The notes below the pieces were generated by a model, which was not told where the DNA came from, ran no database searches, and saw nothing but the letters and a program-made list of their open reading frames with translations. From the NCBI GenBank assembly GCA_043228905.1, contig JBHGNT010001153.1:1-11506 (forward strand): DNA of 11,506 nt. Direction: 5' to 3'. A program made the translations under genes and the position numbers. The stretch's first letter is position 1. Each line of letters starts with the position of its first letter. Source of the DNA: Azolla caroliniana. Lineage: Eukaryota > Plantae > Polypodiophyta. Below are positions 1-8,433 of this stretch, piece by piece.

Positions 1-78
1 CAATATCCACACAAACCGGGTCCTCAATCCAAGACGACTCGTGACACTCGTCGTTTTAAAGGGGGGATAGTGTCATGA
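1..78 (+). other. Probable C-terminal tail of a Ty3/gypsy (chromovirus-like) polyprotein, running off the window edge
   Basis: Frame 1 reads QYPHKPGPQSKTTRDTRRFKGGIVS*, stopping just inside the LTR. YPxKPGP resembles the tail after the chromodomain in chromoviruses, and reading through the PPT as FKGG is typical of them. Only 25 codons are visible. Confidence 0.35.
58..70 (+). promoter_or_regulatory. Polypurine tract (plus-strand primer) of the + strand LTR retrotransposon
   Basis: AAAGGGGGGATAG lies immediately before the TG that starts the LTR at 71. Confidence 0.8.
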
Positions 79-85
79 TATGGCA

Positions 86-140
86 AGACTCGAACCCATG
101 ACCTTAGGTTATATGGGTCGAGCTCTTGACCATTAGACCA
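86..140 (-). other. tRNA-like RNA polymerase III A-box/B-box module, antisense within the LTR U3
   Basis: The minus strand has TGGTCTAATGG (140-130, A box) and GGTTCGAGTCT (96-86, B box) at tRNA spacing (45 nt from T8 to G53). Stems are degenerate, so it is not a functional tRNA. Confidence 0.55.
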
Positions 141-200
141 TCTATTGTAATACGTAGGATATTATTTTCATTTACATTTTATTATAGGAAATTAGTGTAT

Positions 201-250
201 ATTCCAGATTTCTCTGGAACATTCTAGAAGCTTCAGGATTACTCCTGAAA
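201..250. promoter_or_regulatory. Heat shock element (nGAAn/nTTCn) array in the LTR U3
   Basis: Trimers in exact 5-bp register: TTC202, GAT207, CTC212, GAA217, TTC222, GAA227, TTC232, GAT237, CTC242, GAA247. The core GAAcaTTCtaGAAgcTTC is a perfect 4-unit HSE. Confidence 0.75.
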
Positions 251-254
251 ACAC

Positions 255-261
255 TATAAAA
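255..261 (+). promoter_or_regulatory. TATA box of the LTR
   Basis: cTATAAAAgaggg, a typical plant LTR TATA context, directly downstream of the HSE array. Confidence 0.7.
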
Positions 262-366
262 GAGGGCACTAGGCATTATGTTGAACCAAATTGGTTCAAC
301 GCCAGTCTTAAGCCTTCTTAGCCACCGTTGTATATTCTCTTCATATAATAAATATCTTTCTTATCA

Positions 367-369
<3 letters not shown>

Positions 370-405
<36 letters not shown>
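370..405. repeat. (CT)n microsatellite within the LTR
   Basis: About 13 perfect units followed by degenerate ones. Confidence 0.95.
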
Positions 406-509
406 GTCTCGCTCACTTCTTCCTTCTCTCGAAGAAGTTCCACACCTCTCATAGTACTAATCCTTCGTTTAGTACTAATTCCTTCTCTGTCTCAGTACTG
501 TTCATGACA

Positions 510-1404
510 CGTATCCTATATCCGGTCGGGTACACACCATAGCGTACATCAAGCTCCCGATGGCAGAGGCATATGGAATCTTCATCATATCCTCCTTCTC
601 TGCTTTCGTCTTCGGGCTTTGCTTACCGGATAGCTTGCAGTTTGCCGGAAGTGTCGATCCGACCGGTTTCGCATCTGACCTGTTGAACCGGTGAAGCACC
701 TTTGTCACGTACTTCTCCTGTGACAGCCATAATTGCTTCGCTGACCGGTTCCGGATGATGTGCATCCTCAGCATCTGCCTTGCCGGACCCAAGTCTTTCA
801 TTGAGAAGGTCCGGTTGAGAGCCTTCTTCAGCATCTGTATTTTGACTTGGTCCCGTCCGACGATCAACATGTCATCCACGTATAGAAGGAGTATGAGGAA
901 GTCGCCTCCTTCGAACTTCTTCACAAACACGCAGTGATCGGCCTGCGTCTTGTGGTACCCTTGATCGGTCATGAAGGAGTCGAACTTCCGGTACCATTGT
1001 TGGGGAGCCTGCTTCAGTCCGTACAGGCTCTTTTTCAACCGGCATACCAGGTGCTCCTTCCCTTTCTCCACGAAACCTTCCGGTTGCTGCATGTAGATCT
1101 CCTCTTCGAGGTCGCCGTGAAGGAATGTCGTCTTCACGTCCAGCTGCTCTACCTCGAGGTCCATGCTTGCTGCTATACTCAGCACCGTCTGGATGGAGGT
1201 CATCTTTACTACCGGGGCAAATATCTCGTCGAAGTCCACGCCCTTCTTCTGCTGGAACCCCTTCACCACGATCCTGGCTTTGTATCTCGGGGGGTTGCCG
1301 GCATCTCCCGGTTTCAACTTGTACACCCACTTGTTTCGGAGTGCTCGCTTTCCTTTCGGCAACTCCACCAATTCGTACGTATGGTTCTCATGCAGGGAAT
1401 CCAT
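510..1404 (-). pseudogene. Copia reverse transcriptase domain (RVT_2 type)
   Basis: Motifs KWVYKLK, YKARIVVKG, QLDVKTTFLHG, SLYGLKQAP, LLYVDDML, MKDLG and YASAIGSLMYAMVCTRPDI. Confidence 0.95.
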
Positions 1405-1802
1405 CTCGTCCTACATGGCACTTAACCATTTTCGGTTGTGGGTGTCATCCTTCGCTTCTTCGAAGCTTTCCTGCTCCCCCTCATCAGTCAACAGAACATG
1501 CTCTGCATCCGGAAATCTCTGGGGGGCCCTTCTCTCTCTTAGAGGATATCTCCGTCTTCGGGCTTCGGTAACCGGCTCCTCCATTTGCTCTTCATCCAAA
1601 TCTGATTCGGGGTCTTGGCCGGTTCCGGTTTCAGCTTCCTCTACTTCTTCTTCAGCCTGTTCGGTATCCTCACCGTAACCGGCTGGTCCCTCGAGTGCTA
1701 ACCGGTCTCTTGCCGGTTGAGTCTGCTCATCGTAGAGTCGATCCTTACCAGTCGACTCGGAGTTCATTATCTTCTCCTCCGACTCCCAGTCGGCGAGCGT
1801 CA

Positions 1803-2700
1803 GATAATATCTCGACTCCGGAATACCTTCTTGTCGACCAGGTCCCACACTCGATAGCCGAACTCATCGTCACCGTAACCGAGGAATATGCATGGCCGGG
1901 TCTTTGGATCTAACTTTCCTCTCCGGTCCTTAGCTACATGTACATACACGAGACACCCGAACACCTTCAGATGCCGGTAGGACACTTCCTTACCGGTCCA
2001 TACTCTCTATGGTGTGTCTCTGTCCAAGGGTACTGAGGGTGAACTGTTTATCACATATGTCGCCGTCGACAGTGCCTCAGCCCAAAACTTCTTGGGTAAT
2101 TTAGCATGCGCTAGCATACTCTGGACCCTCTCCATTATGGTCCGGTTCATCCTCTCGGCCAGTCCGTTTAGTTCCGGTGTCTTCGGCACAGTAAATTCGA
2201 GCCGGATTCCCTTCGAGCGACAGTACTCCTCGAACTGCCCCCGGTATTCACCTCCGTTATCAGCTCGAACCGCCTTCAGCTTCTGGCTGGTTTCTCTTTC
2301 CACTCTCGCGTGGAGCTCTTTGAAGACGGATAGCACCTAATCCTTCGTCTTCAACGGTGTGGCCCATAGCTTCCGGTTGTGGTCATCTATGAAGGTCACG
2401 AAGTACTACGCTCCGGCATGTGACTTCGTGTCTACCTGACACACATCCGTATGCACCAACTCTAGTGGTGCATTACGTCTCATCGGTGGCCTTGGTCGGA
2501 AGGAGGTCCGGTTTTGCTTACCGGCCAGACAATCAGTGCACTTCTCCAAGTGCACGTTCTTCACTGGAATGAGGTTGTCGTCTGCAAGCCTCTTCATCCC
2601 CTTCTCACTCATGTGACACAGCCTCTTATGCCACAGCTCACCGGCAGTGTCGGAGGCCACCTTCACTTCTTCCGGACATAACCGGGCATTCATCAGGTAC
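1803..2700 (-). pseudogene. Copia integrase: HHCC zinc finger, DDE core and GKLDPK/SH3-like region
   Basis: LWHKRLCHMS...CTDCLAGKQ, LELVHTDVC, VRADNGGEY, TPELNGLAERMNRTI and GKLDPKTRPCIFLGYG. Confidence 0.93.
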
Positions 2701-2779
2701 AGTGTGTTTACCTTCCGGGCCCGAGCCACAATCAAGCTCCCTTTGCTGAACTTCGTGACACCGTTCCGGATGCTACCTG

Positions 2780-3023
2780 TGTAGCCTTCATCATCTAGCC
2801 GACCGGCTGATATCAGGTTCAGACGAACCTCCGGAACATGTCGGACATCCTTCAGCAGCAACTTGCATCCGGTTGGTGTTGACAACCACACATCTCCTAT
2901 GCCGACAATTCGGCATGTACCTTCATTCCCCATCCGGACACAGTCGTGATCACCGGTTGAGTAGGATGAGAAGCATTTCCGGTCCGGGGTGAGGTGGAAC
3001 GACGCTCCGGAGTCTACCACCTA
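2780..3023 (-). pseudogene. Copia aspartic protease domain
   Basis: (W>stop)VVDSGASFHLT ... LKDVRHVPEVRLNLISAGRLD. Confidence 0.9.
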
Positions 3024-3203
3024 GGTCATCTCGTCGTCGGCAAGGTTTCTCTCACTCTCCTCGGTGATGAGCATCAACTCCTCTTCACTTGCCGCGATTG
3101 CCGTCGTTCCCTTCCGGTCCGGTCCCCTACGGTCTTTACCGTTTCGGTCCGGTGTCCGCTTCGAATCGGTGCCGTCGGTTTCCTTGTCTTTACGGAAGTG
3201 CTA

Positions 3204-3937
3204 ACAGTTCTTCTGGAAGTGTCTCGGCTTGCTGCAATAGAAGCAAGCAGGCCTCCCCCTTGACTTTGACCGTGTCCCCGACTTCTCCCGGTTCTGGGGA
3301 CTACGGTTTCTATGTCTTCCGCGTTTCGATTCGGTAAGGAGCACTTTGGAGTCGAGCTCGTATCCTTATCTTTCCGACACGCCTCCTCATCCAGCAAGCT
3401 CGACTTCACTCTTGCTAGGGGTAGCCGTTTTCCTTCCGGCCCGGCGTTGCCCAGAGTGACGACCAACGTCTCCCAGCTATCCGGGAGGGAACCGAGCAGG
3501 AGTAGTGCTAGTACCTCGTCGGCGAGAGGTACTTCCAATGATGTTGCCTGATGTATCAGCCCCTGGAAGGTATTCATGTGCTCCGCCATGCTGGAGCTAT
3601 CTTGGTACCGGAGTTTTACTAGCTTCCGGAATACCGAAACCTGGTTAACAGCATTTTTGTTTTGAAACATTATGCCGATCTTCTCCCAAAGCTCATGAGC
3701 CTTGCTCTCTTCATTGAAGTTGTTGTATAGGCTCATGTCGATGAAGCACCGTATGTACGTCGTTGTCTTCATGTGCATCACCTCCCATATTGTGGCGTCG
3801 ATCTTGTCCGGTCTCTTGTCCCCGAACTAAACCGGTAGCCAAAGATCTTTAACCACGAGCATGTCCCTCATCTTCGACTTCCACACTGAATAGTTGGAGC
3901 CGGTGAGCTTGAACATGCCGCCAAATGATTCGTCCAT
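3204..3937 (-). pseudogene. Copia gag with CCHC zinc knuckle
   Basis: NYSVWK and LLLLGSLPDSWETLV. After the frameshift the frame reads CFYCSKPRHFQKNC (about 3245-3204). Confidence 0.88.
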
Positions 3938-3953
3938 TTTCTGTGTCGATTTT

Positions 3954-3965
3954 GCTCTGATACCA
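3954..3965 (-). promoter_or_regulatory. Primer binding site complementary to the 3' end of tRNA-iMet
   Basis: The minus strand reads ...CCCGTCA-AG-TGGTATCAGAGC, the canonical plant iMet PBS, 2 nt from the LTR end. Confidence 0.95.
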
Positions 3966-3967
3966 CT

Positions 3968-5162
3968 TGACGGGAACTCAACGCTCCTTATGCGCAACAC
4001 TCGGCCACAACCGAGCTTAGAATGATACACAGAAAGCGGGAAATGAAACACAACACAAAGAAGAGGAAGATACACAGGAGGTTTACGTGGAAAACCCCAA
4101 ACTAGGGGAAAAAACCACGGCAGCCCACAGGCTGCAAACTATCACTATGTTGGAATGTACAAACAGTGAGTTCACGGAGGCAACGACCTCGTGCTCACGA
4201 TCTTCGCCACAGACAGCGGTTACAACAGAGGCAGCGACCTCTTTCTCTCTCTCACTCTCTGTACAGTCACGCACTCTCTCTTTTCTTGCACCAACAAGAA
4301 AATAACAACAACAAAAAAAAACTAAAAGTTTGCCCTAAGTCATATTTATACTAATATGACTTTTCAGCTATTTAAAAATATAGCCTCGATGGACTCTCAG
4401 AAACATATTTACGAATATGTCTCTTCATCCGGTTCATACCGGGTCTGCACCATCCGGCTCTCCGTAGCCGGGTACTCCTCATCTGGTTTCGGTCGAGGCC
4501 ATCAGCACTGTTCTTCTCCCTTCCCATCCGGAGGGACCTGTCTCCCAACACGGCATCGAGCAGACTAATAAGGCAGCTTCCTTCGTCTAAGTATCATTGA
4601 TTTTGAATCTGGACAGTTTCCTCCGTGACCCGTCAGAGCACTTTGGGAAAATATTGATCCTGTCGGATCTCTTCTACCGCCTGCTGGTAAGCTTCCCACC
4701 TCCACAATCGATCGGCTAATCTTCTCGCGTGATCAGTCACTAGGTCATTCGTATGTCTAGACATCCATTGCCCATTGTTCACTACTCTATGCAAGAATCA
4801 TGGTCACCAAAACTGTGTTAATCCTGGGCCAGACTAGCCACAAACACAGGGTGTTCCCTTCCGGAAAGTACAGACGACAAGTACACAATGTAAATCAGAC
4901 AATAGAATAGACAACCATCCTTAAACTTGCATTACTTCCATAAAATATACATAAATCCGGATCCTTTTCTAGGAATCCGGTAAGAGTTAAAGAACAGTGC
5001 CTTGCCGGCTACCGGCTACTAAACGGTGCGGATCCAGATCAGTACAACTATCTAGATCCGTCATTTTCGTAACTACACTAATTACTATATTAATAATAAT
5101 CTTCTAGCCTTAACTCTTCCCTGTTCACACTTCCTCTTCCAGATCATACTTATAGGCCAACA
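3968..5162 (-). mobile_element. 5' LTR of the copia element (about 1.2 kb; alternative start at 4550 gives 583 bp)
   Basis: Ends in CA at 3968 next to the PBS. TATAAATA at 4350-4343, followed by a GA-rich leader. Candidate starts are TGTTGGCC (5162) and TGTTGGGA (4550). CCGG-rich composition continues to about 5015 and plain AT-rich DNA starts after 5162. Confidence 0.7.
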
Positions 5163-5529
5163 ATTCTAGTGTATATGTATGTAGAATACTTATGTGTATA
5201 AATTCTAATGCATAATTAAGATTGATCTTATATGCAATACATTAACTAAGAAATTCTTAAATGTTATACTAACGATAATATAATTTGAATTTGTGACAAA
5301 AAATTGGATTTTATACTTTGTAATATGTTGTCCATAATTTTAGCCTTGGTGTTTAGATCTATTATTTGTGGTGCACAAATTCGATATGATGTTTTAGCTT
5401 TTACCATAAGAATGTTGTAAAGGGAGATCTCAAACATTTAAGTAGTTGTGAATATTTCAATTTTAGTCGTATTTCCATACTCTAAGTGGGGTAAATTTAA
5501 ATGTCATAGTGTGACCGCAAGGATTTGTT

Positions 5530-5960
5530 TTTTTCATGACTCATTACTATTTTGGAATATTTTTTTGAAATAATTTAAAAGCCCATTAAAAGGGTTTTTG
5601 ATATGCTAACACCCTCTTTAAATATAATGATCTTTTGTTGTTTAAAAAATGATTAATCTCTTTAAATATAATGAATTCCTCTTATTTGAAGAATCTATTA
5701 ATAGAATATTGTGCAAAAGTATCATATTTTGACTGTAGGTAGTGTTCTATACTTGGTAACTGTCAATTACAATCTCCTACGACTGTGTACAAGACAACTT
5801 CCGAAAATAAGGTCAAAATCATAAAAAAAAGACTACCCCCAATTTGCTCATTAGTAAAGTGGGCCAACATTGTTTGTTCATATCGAGTTCACATGCTTGC
5901 ATTCAACCATGTCAAATTGACTTCTGCCAAGTGTCTTCTAGTGAGCATGAGAGATTTTAG
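5530..5960. repeat. Diverged local repeat, copy A
   Basis: Shares collinear blocks with copies B and C: CCCTCTTTAAATATAATGA, GTACAAGACAACT, TTTGTTCATAT and CATTCAA. GCTCATTAGTAAAGTGGGCCA is shared with C. Boundaries approximate. Confidence 0.8.
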
Positions 5961-5989
5961 TTTTGTTTTTACACTTTTTGTAGGGTAAA

Positions 5990-6440
5990 TTTAAGTCATG
6001 ACTAGTTAATAATAAGTATACATATACAAAAAGGTATTTGAAATCATTCAAAACGTCATTATAAGGGATTTCAAACATGTCAATACCCTCTTTAAATATA
6101 ATGAATTGCCCCTTGCTTCAAGAATGATGAAGGGCATATTCTGCAAAAGTACGATGTTTTGGTTGTGGTAGGGTTCTATACTTCATAAGTATCAATTTAG
6201 TTCTCCCGAGGACCATGTACAAGACAACTCCCAACTTGTTGGTAAGTAAATTGGGTCGATGTTTTTTGTTCATATGGAGTTCCAATACCAGAACTCAATA
6301 GTTCTTGTGCTTTCATTCAATCATATTGACCTCAAGCTAGCCAAACTTCTTCTGGTAGGTCTAAGAGATTCCACATTTTTCTTCATCTCATCATGCAGTT
6401 TCAAATTAGTGTGAGAATGTGACAACATTTATGCTCCAAC
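5990..6440. repeat. Diverged local repeat, copy B (tandem to A)
   Basis: AGTCATGACT...AAAAGGTA.TTGAAA...ATAAGGG.TTTCAAAC...CCCTCTTTAAATA...CCACATTTTT...GTGAGA is collinear with copy C. Confidence 0.8.
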
Positions 6441-6904
6441 TTCCTTGAATAAACTTGAACATGGCATGTCTTCTCCATATACAAATGTTGAACAAGTTTG
6501 AGCATCGAGTAGTTAACTACTAATCTCTATGTATATTGATAATGTGATTGGCAGTGTTTGTTCATATTGAGTTGACGTTTGGGCATTTCATTATTTTTGT
6601 AGAGGCAAACTCGCCTAGCTTTTGGAGGAGTAGAATATTCCTCCTTTTCCTTCAATATGTTATAACTCTTTCCTGATTTCTTATGGCCACTTGCTCATTC
6701 AATGAATTGACTAACATCTTCATTTGTTTATTTCCTAAAATATTTATCGTATTCATAAATGCTAATTTTCTTTTTCCAACTCATGTTATATTATTTGCCA
6801 CTAGACTTCACAGAGCACGTCCTCATGCTTGTTCAAAGATGATGATCAATGTGATGACCTTAGTCGCATGCAATGAACACAAAACACTATGCTCATTGTG
6901 ATCC

Positions 6905-7230
6905 TACGACACATTACAATGCATTACAACTAATACTTCCCTGAGCCAATCATGTACTTGAATACATAAATCTGGACCATATTCATCCATGTCCAATATA
7001 CCTTAACCAACCAACAATCAGTGGATATGTTGACAAAAGGGCTTGGAGTGCAAAAGTTGGTTTTTTTGGCAACACTTAACCAATATGTCCACTTGATCTT
7101 AAGCAATCCTATGTCCATTTAATCTACCGAGTTGAAGTATATTGAGATAGCATGACATGTATTGTCGAATTGATTATACAACACAAACAAGGTTGAAATA
7201 ACCGAGTTGAAGGAGGGCATATTGAGATAA
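6905..7230 (+). mobile_element. Old Ty1/copia 3'-end remnant: RNase H C-terminus, PPT and probable LTR start
   Basis: 6985-7050 translates IHVQYTLTNQQSVDMLTKGLGV, matching the copia pol terminal motif V.Y..T..Q.AD..TK.L. HITMHY upstream resembles KHI...YH. It is followed by GAGTTGAAGGAGGGCA-TATTGAGA (7204-7227), like PPT + TGTTGA. Confidence 0.6.
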
Positions 7231-7358
7231 TAAGTTCAACAACGCACACCTTAGGATACATGTTTGTTAAAGCCCAACATTAACTTAGTGAATGGGATAT
7301 GCATTTGCATTAAATAAAGGGGTTACTTTTATAACCCACTCCCTATCCACCATCCTAT

Positions 7359-7538
7359 CTTGCTTGGTATTATTTATGCTCTTTCAAATATAATTGTGTA
7401 TCTCTCCTCTCATACATGCATACATATTGTACACAATATAAGATATAACTTGCTTGGTATTATTTATGTTCTTTAGAGTATAATTGTGTATCTCTCCTCT
7501 CATACATACATACATATTGTACACAATATAAGATATAA
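7359..7538. repeat. Tandem duplication, 2 x 90 bp
   Basis: 7359-7448 and 7449-7538 differ at 5 of 90 positions by manual alignment. Confidence 0.95.
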
Positions 7539-7739
7539 TTTGATCCCCTACATAGAATTATATGCTCTAGTTCTTCATAGTAAAATCATTTGCATGCATG
7601 GGAAGCCTTCTCTAAAGTATATTGATATTACAACTAACTTCATGATTGGTTAAGCACTAAAAAAAGAGTTTCAAAGAGGTTTTATTTCTAATTTCTTCCT
7701 AGGAAAAATTTAAAATTTAGACTTTAAAGGGTATTTTTT

Positions 7740-8310
7740 ATTAGTCATGACTCATTAGTATATATATATGAAAAGGTACTTGAAAGAATTCACAGTCGTT
7801 ATAAGGGGTTTCAAACGTGTTGACACCCAGGTCCCTCTTTAAATACATAATTAATTCCCTCTTTAAATATAAGGGGTCCCTCTTTAAATAAAATGAATTC
7901 CCCCTTTTTCAAGAATGGTTAGTCTCTTTACACGCAATGAACTCCTCTTGTTTCAATAATGATCAATAACATATTGTGAAAAAGATTCAGGTTTTGAAAC
8001 TGGGTAAGGTTCTATGCTTGATAAGTGTCCAGTACATTCTCCCAACGACCGAGTACATGACACCTCATGAAAATAAGGTTAAAATCATAAAAAAGACTAT
8101 CCCCCTGCTAGCTCATTAGTAAAGTGGGCCACCATTGTTTGTTCATATCGAGTTTGCATACGACCACTACATAGCTTGTTTTGCTTGCATTCAACCATGT
8201 TAACGTGATGTTATTCGAATGCCTTATAGTGGGCCACGGAGATTTCCACATTTTTGCTTCGTCGCCTCAAGTTCCGCATTAATGTGAGAGCATGACAAGC
8301 TTTATGGTCG
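7740..8310. repeat. Diverged local repeat, copy C, with internal amplification of CCCTCTTTAAATA
   Basis: Collinear with A and B. The motif occurs at 7833, 7857 and 7878. Confidence 0.8.
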
Positions 8311-8433
8311 AATATGTTGTCTCCATAGTGTTGATTGACTTACATCATGTCTACGTATATGTATGTATTTATACATCTCCATATGAAATTATCCTAGTAA
8401 CTTTTATTTATTATTTACATATTTTTGAATCAG

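Larger units (their letters stand above)
71..509 (+). mobile_element. 3' LTR (439 bp) of an LTR retrotransposon, probably Ty3/gypsy, nested in the copia RT
   Basis: Perfect 8-bp terminal inverted repeat TGTCATGA (71-78) / TCATGACA (502-509). Preceded by a PPT. Contains TATAAAA (255-261), AATAAA (347-352) and a (CT)n tract. The copia RT frame is cut exactly at its right end. Confidence 0.88.
510..3937 (-). pseudogene. Disrupted copia gag-pol polyprotein
   Basis: ATG at 3937 (MDESFGGMFKLTGSNYSVWK). In-frame TAG stops at 3827, 3201, 3021, 2406, 2337, 2007 and 1411. Frameshifts near 3350 and near 1800. The RNase H part is absent from the window. Confidence 0.93.
510..5162 (-). mobile_element. 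Ty1/copia LTR retrotransposon, Tnt1-like (Tork-type), interrupted in late RT
   Basis: Order on the minus strand is LTR-PBS-gag-protease-integrase-RT, the copia domain order. The RT sequence YKARIVVKGFQQKKGVDFDEIFAPVVKMTSI...EQLDVKTTFLHGDLEEEIYMQQPEGF closely resembles tobacco Tnt1. The outer boundary is uncertain (5162 or 4550). Confidence 0.95.

Noticed and set aside
72-145. Functional tRNA gene
   Set aside because: Acceptor, anticodon and T stems do not pair properly; only the A/B boxes and spacing are tRNA-like.
502-1404. 300-aa RT ORF as a stand-alone or domesticated gene
   Set aside because: It is bounded by a nonsense mutation upstream and an LTR insertion downstream, so it is just a pol fragment.
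755-3551. Many overlapping + strand and alternative-frame ORFs (e.g. 934-1425, 1163-1678, 872-1330)
   Set aside because: Shadow ORFs of the GC-rich copia pol, with no recognisable motifs.
4083-4568. Short ORFs in the copia LTR
   Set aside because: Low-complexity translations of LTR sequence with no domain similarity.
5785-7118. Short ORFs 5785-5988, 6683-6901 and 6930-7118
   Set aside because: 60-72 aa, AT-rich, within repeats or antisense to the copia remnant, with no motifs.
5612-7890. CCCTCTTTAAATA recurrences or the 90-bp repeat as a CRISPR-like array
   Set aside because: Irregular spacing, spacers homologous to each other, eukaryotic TE context and no cas genes.
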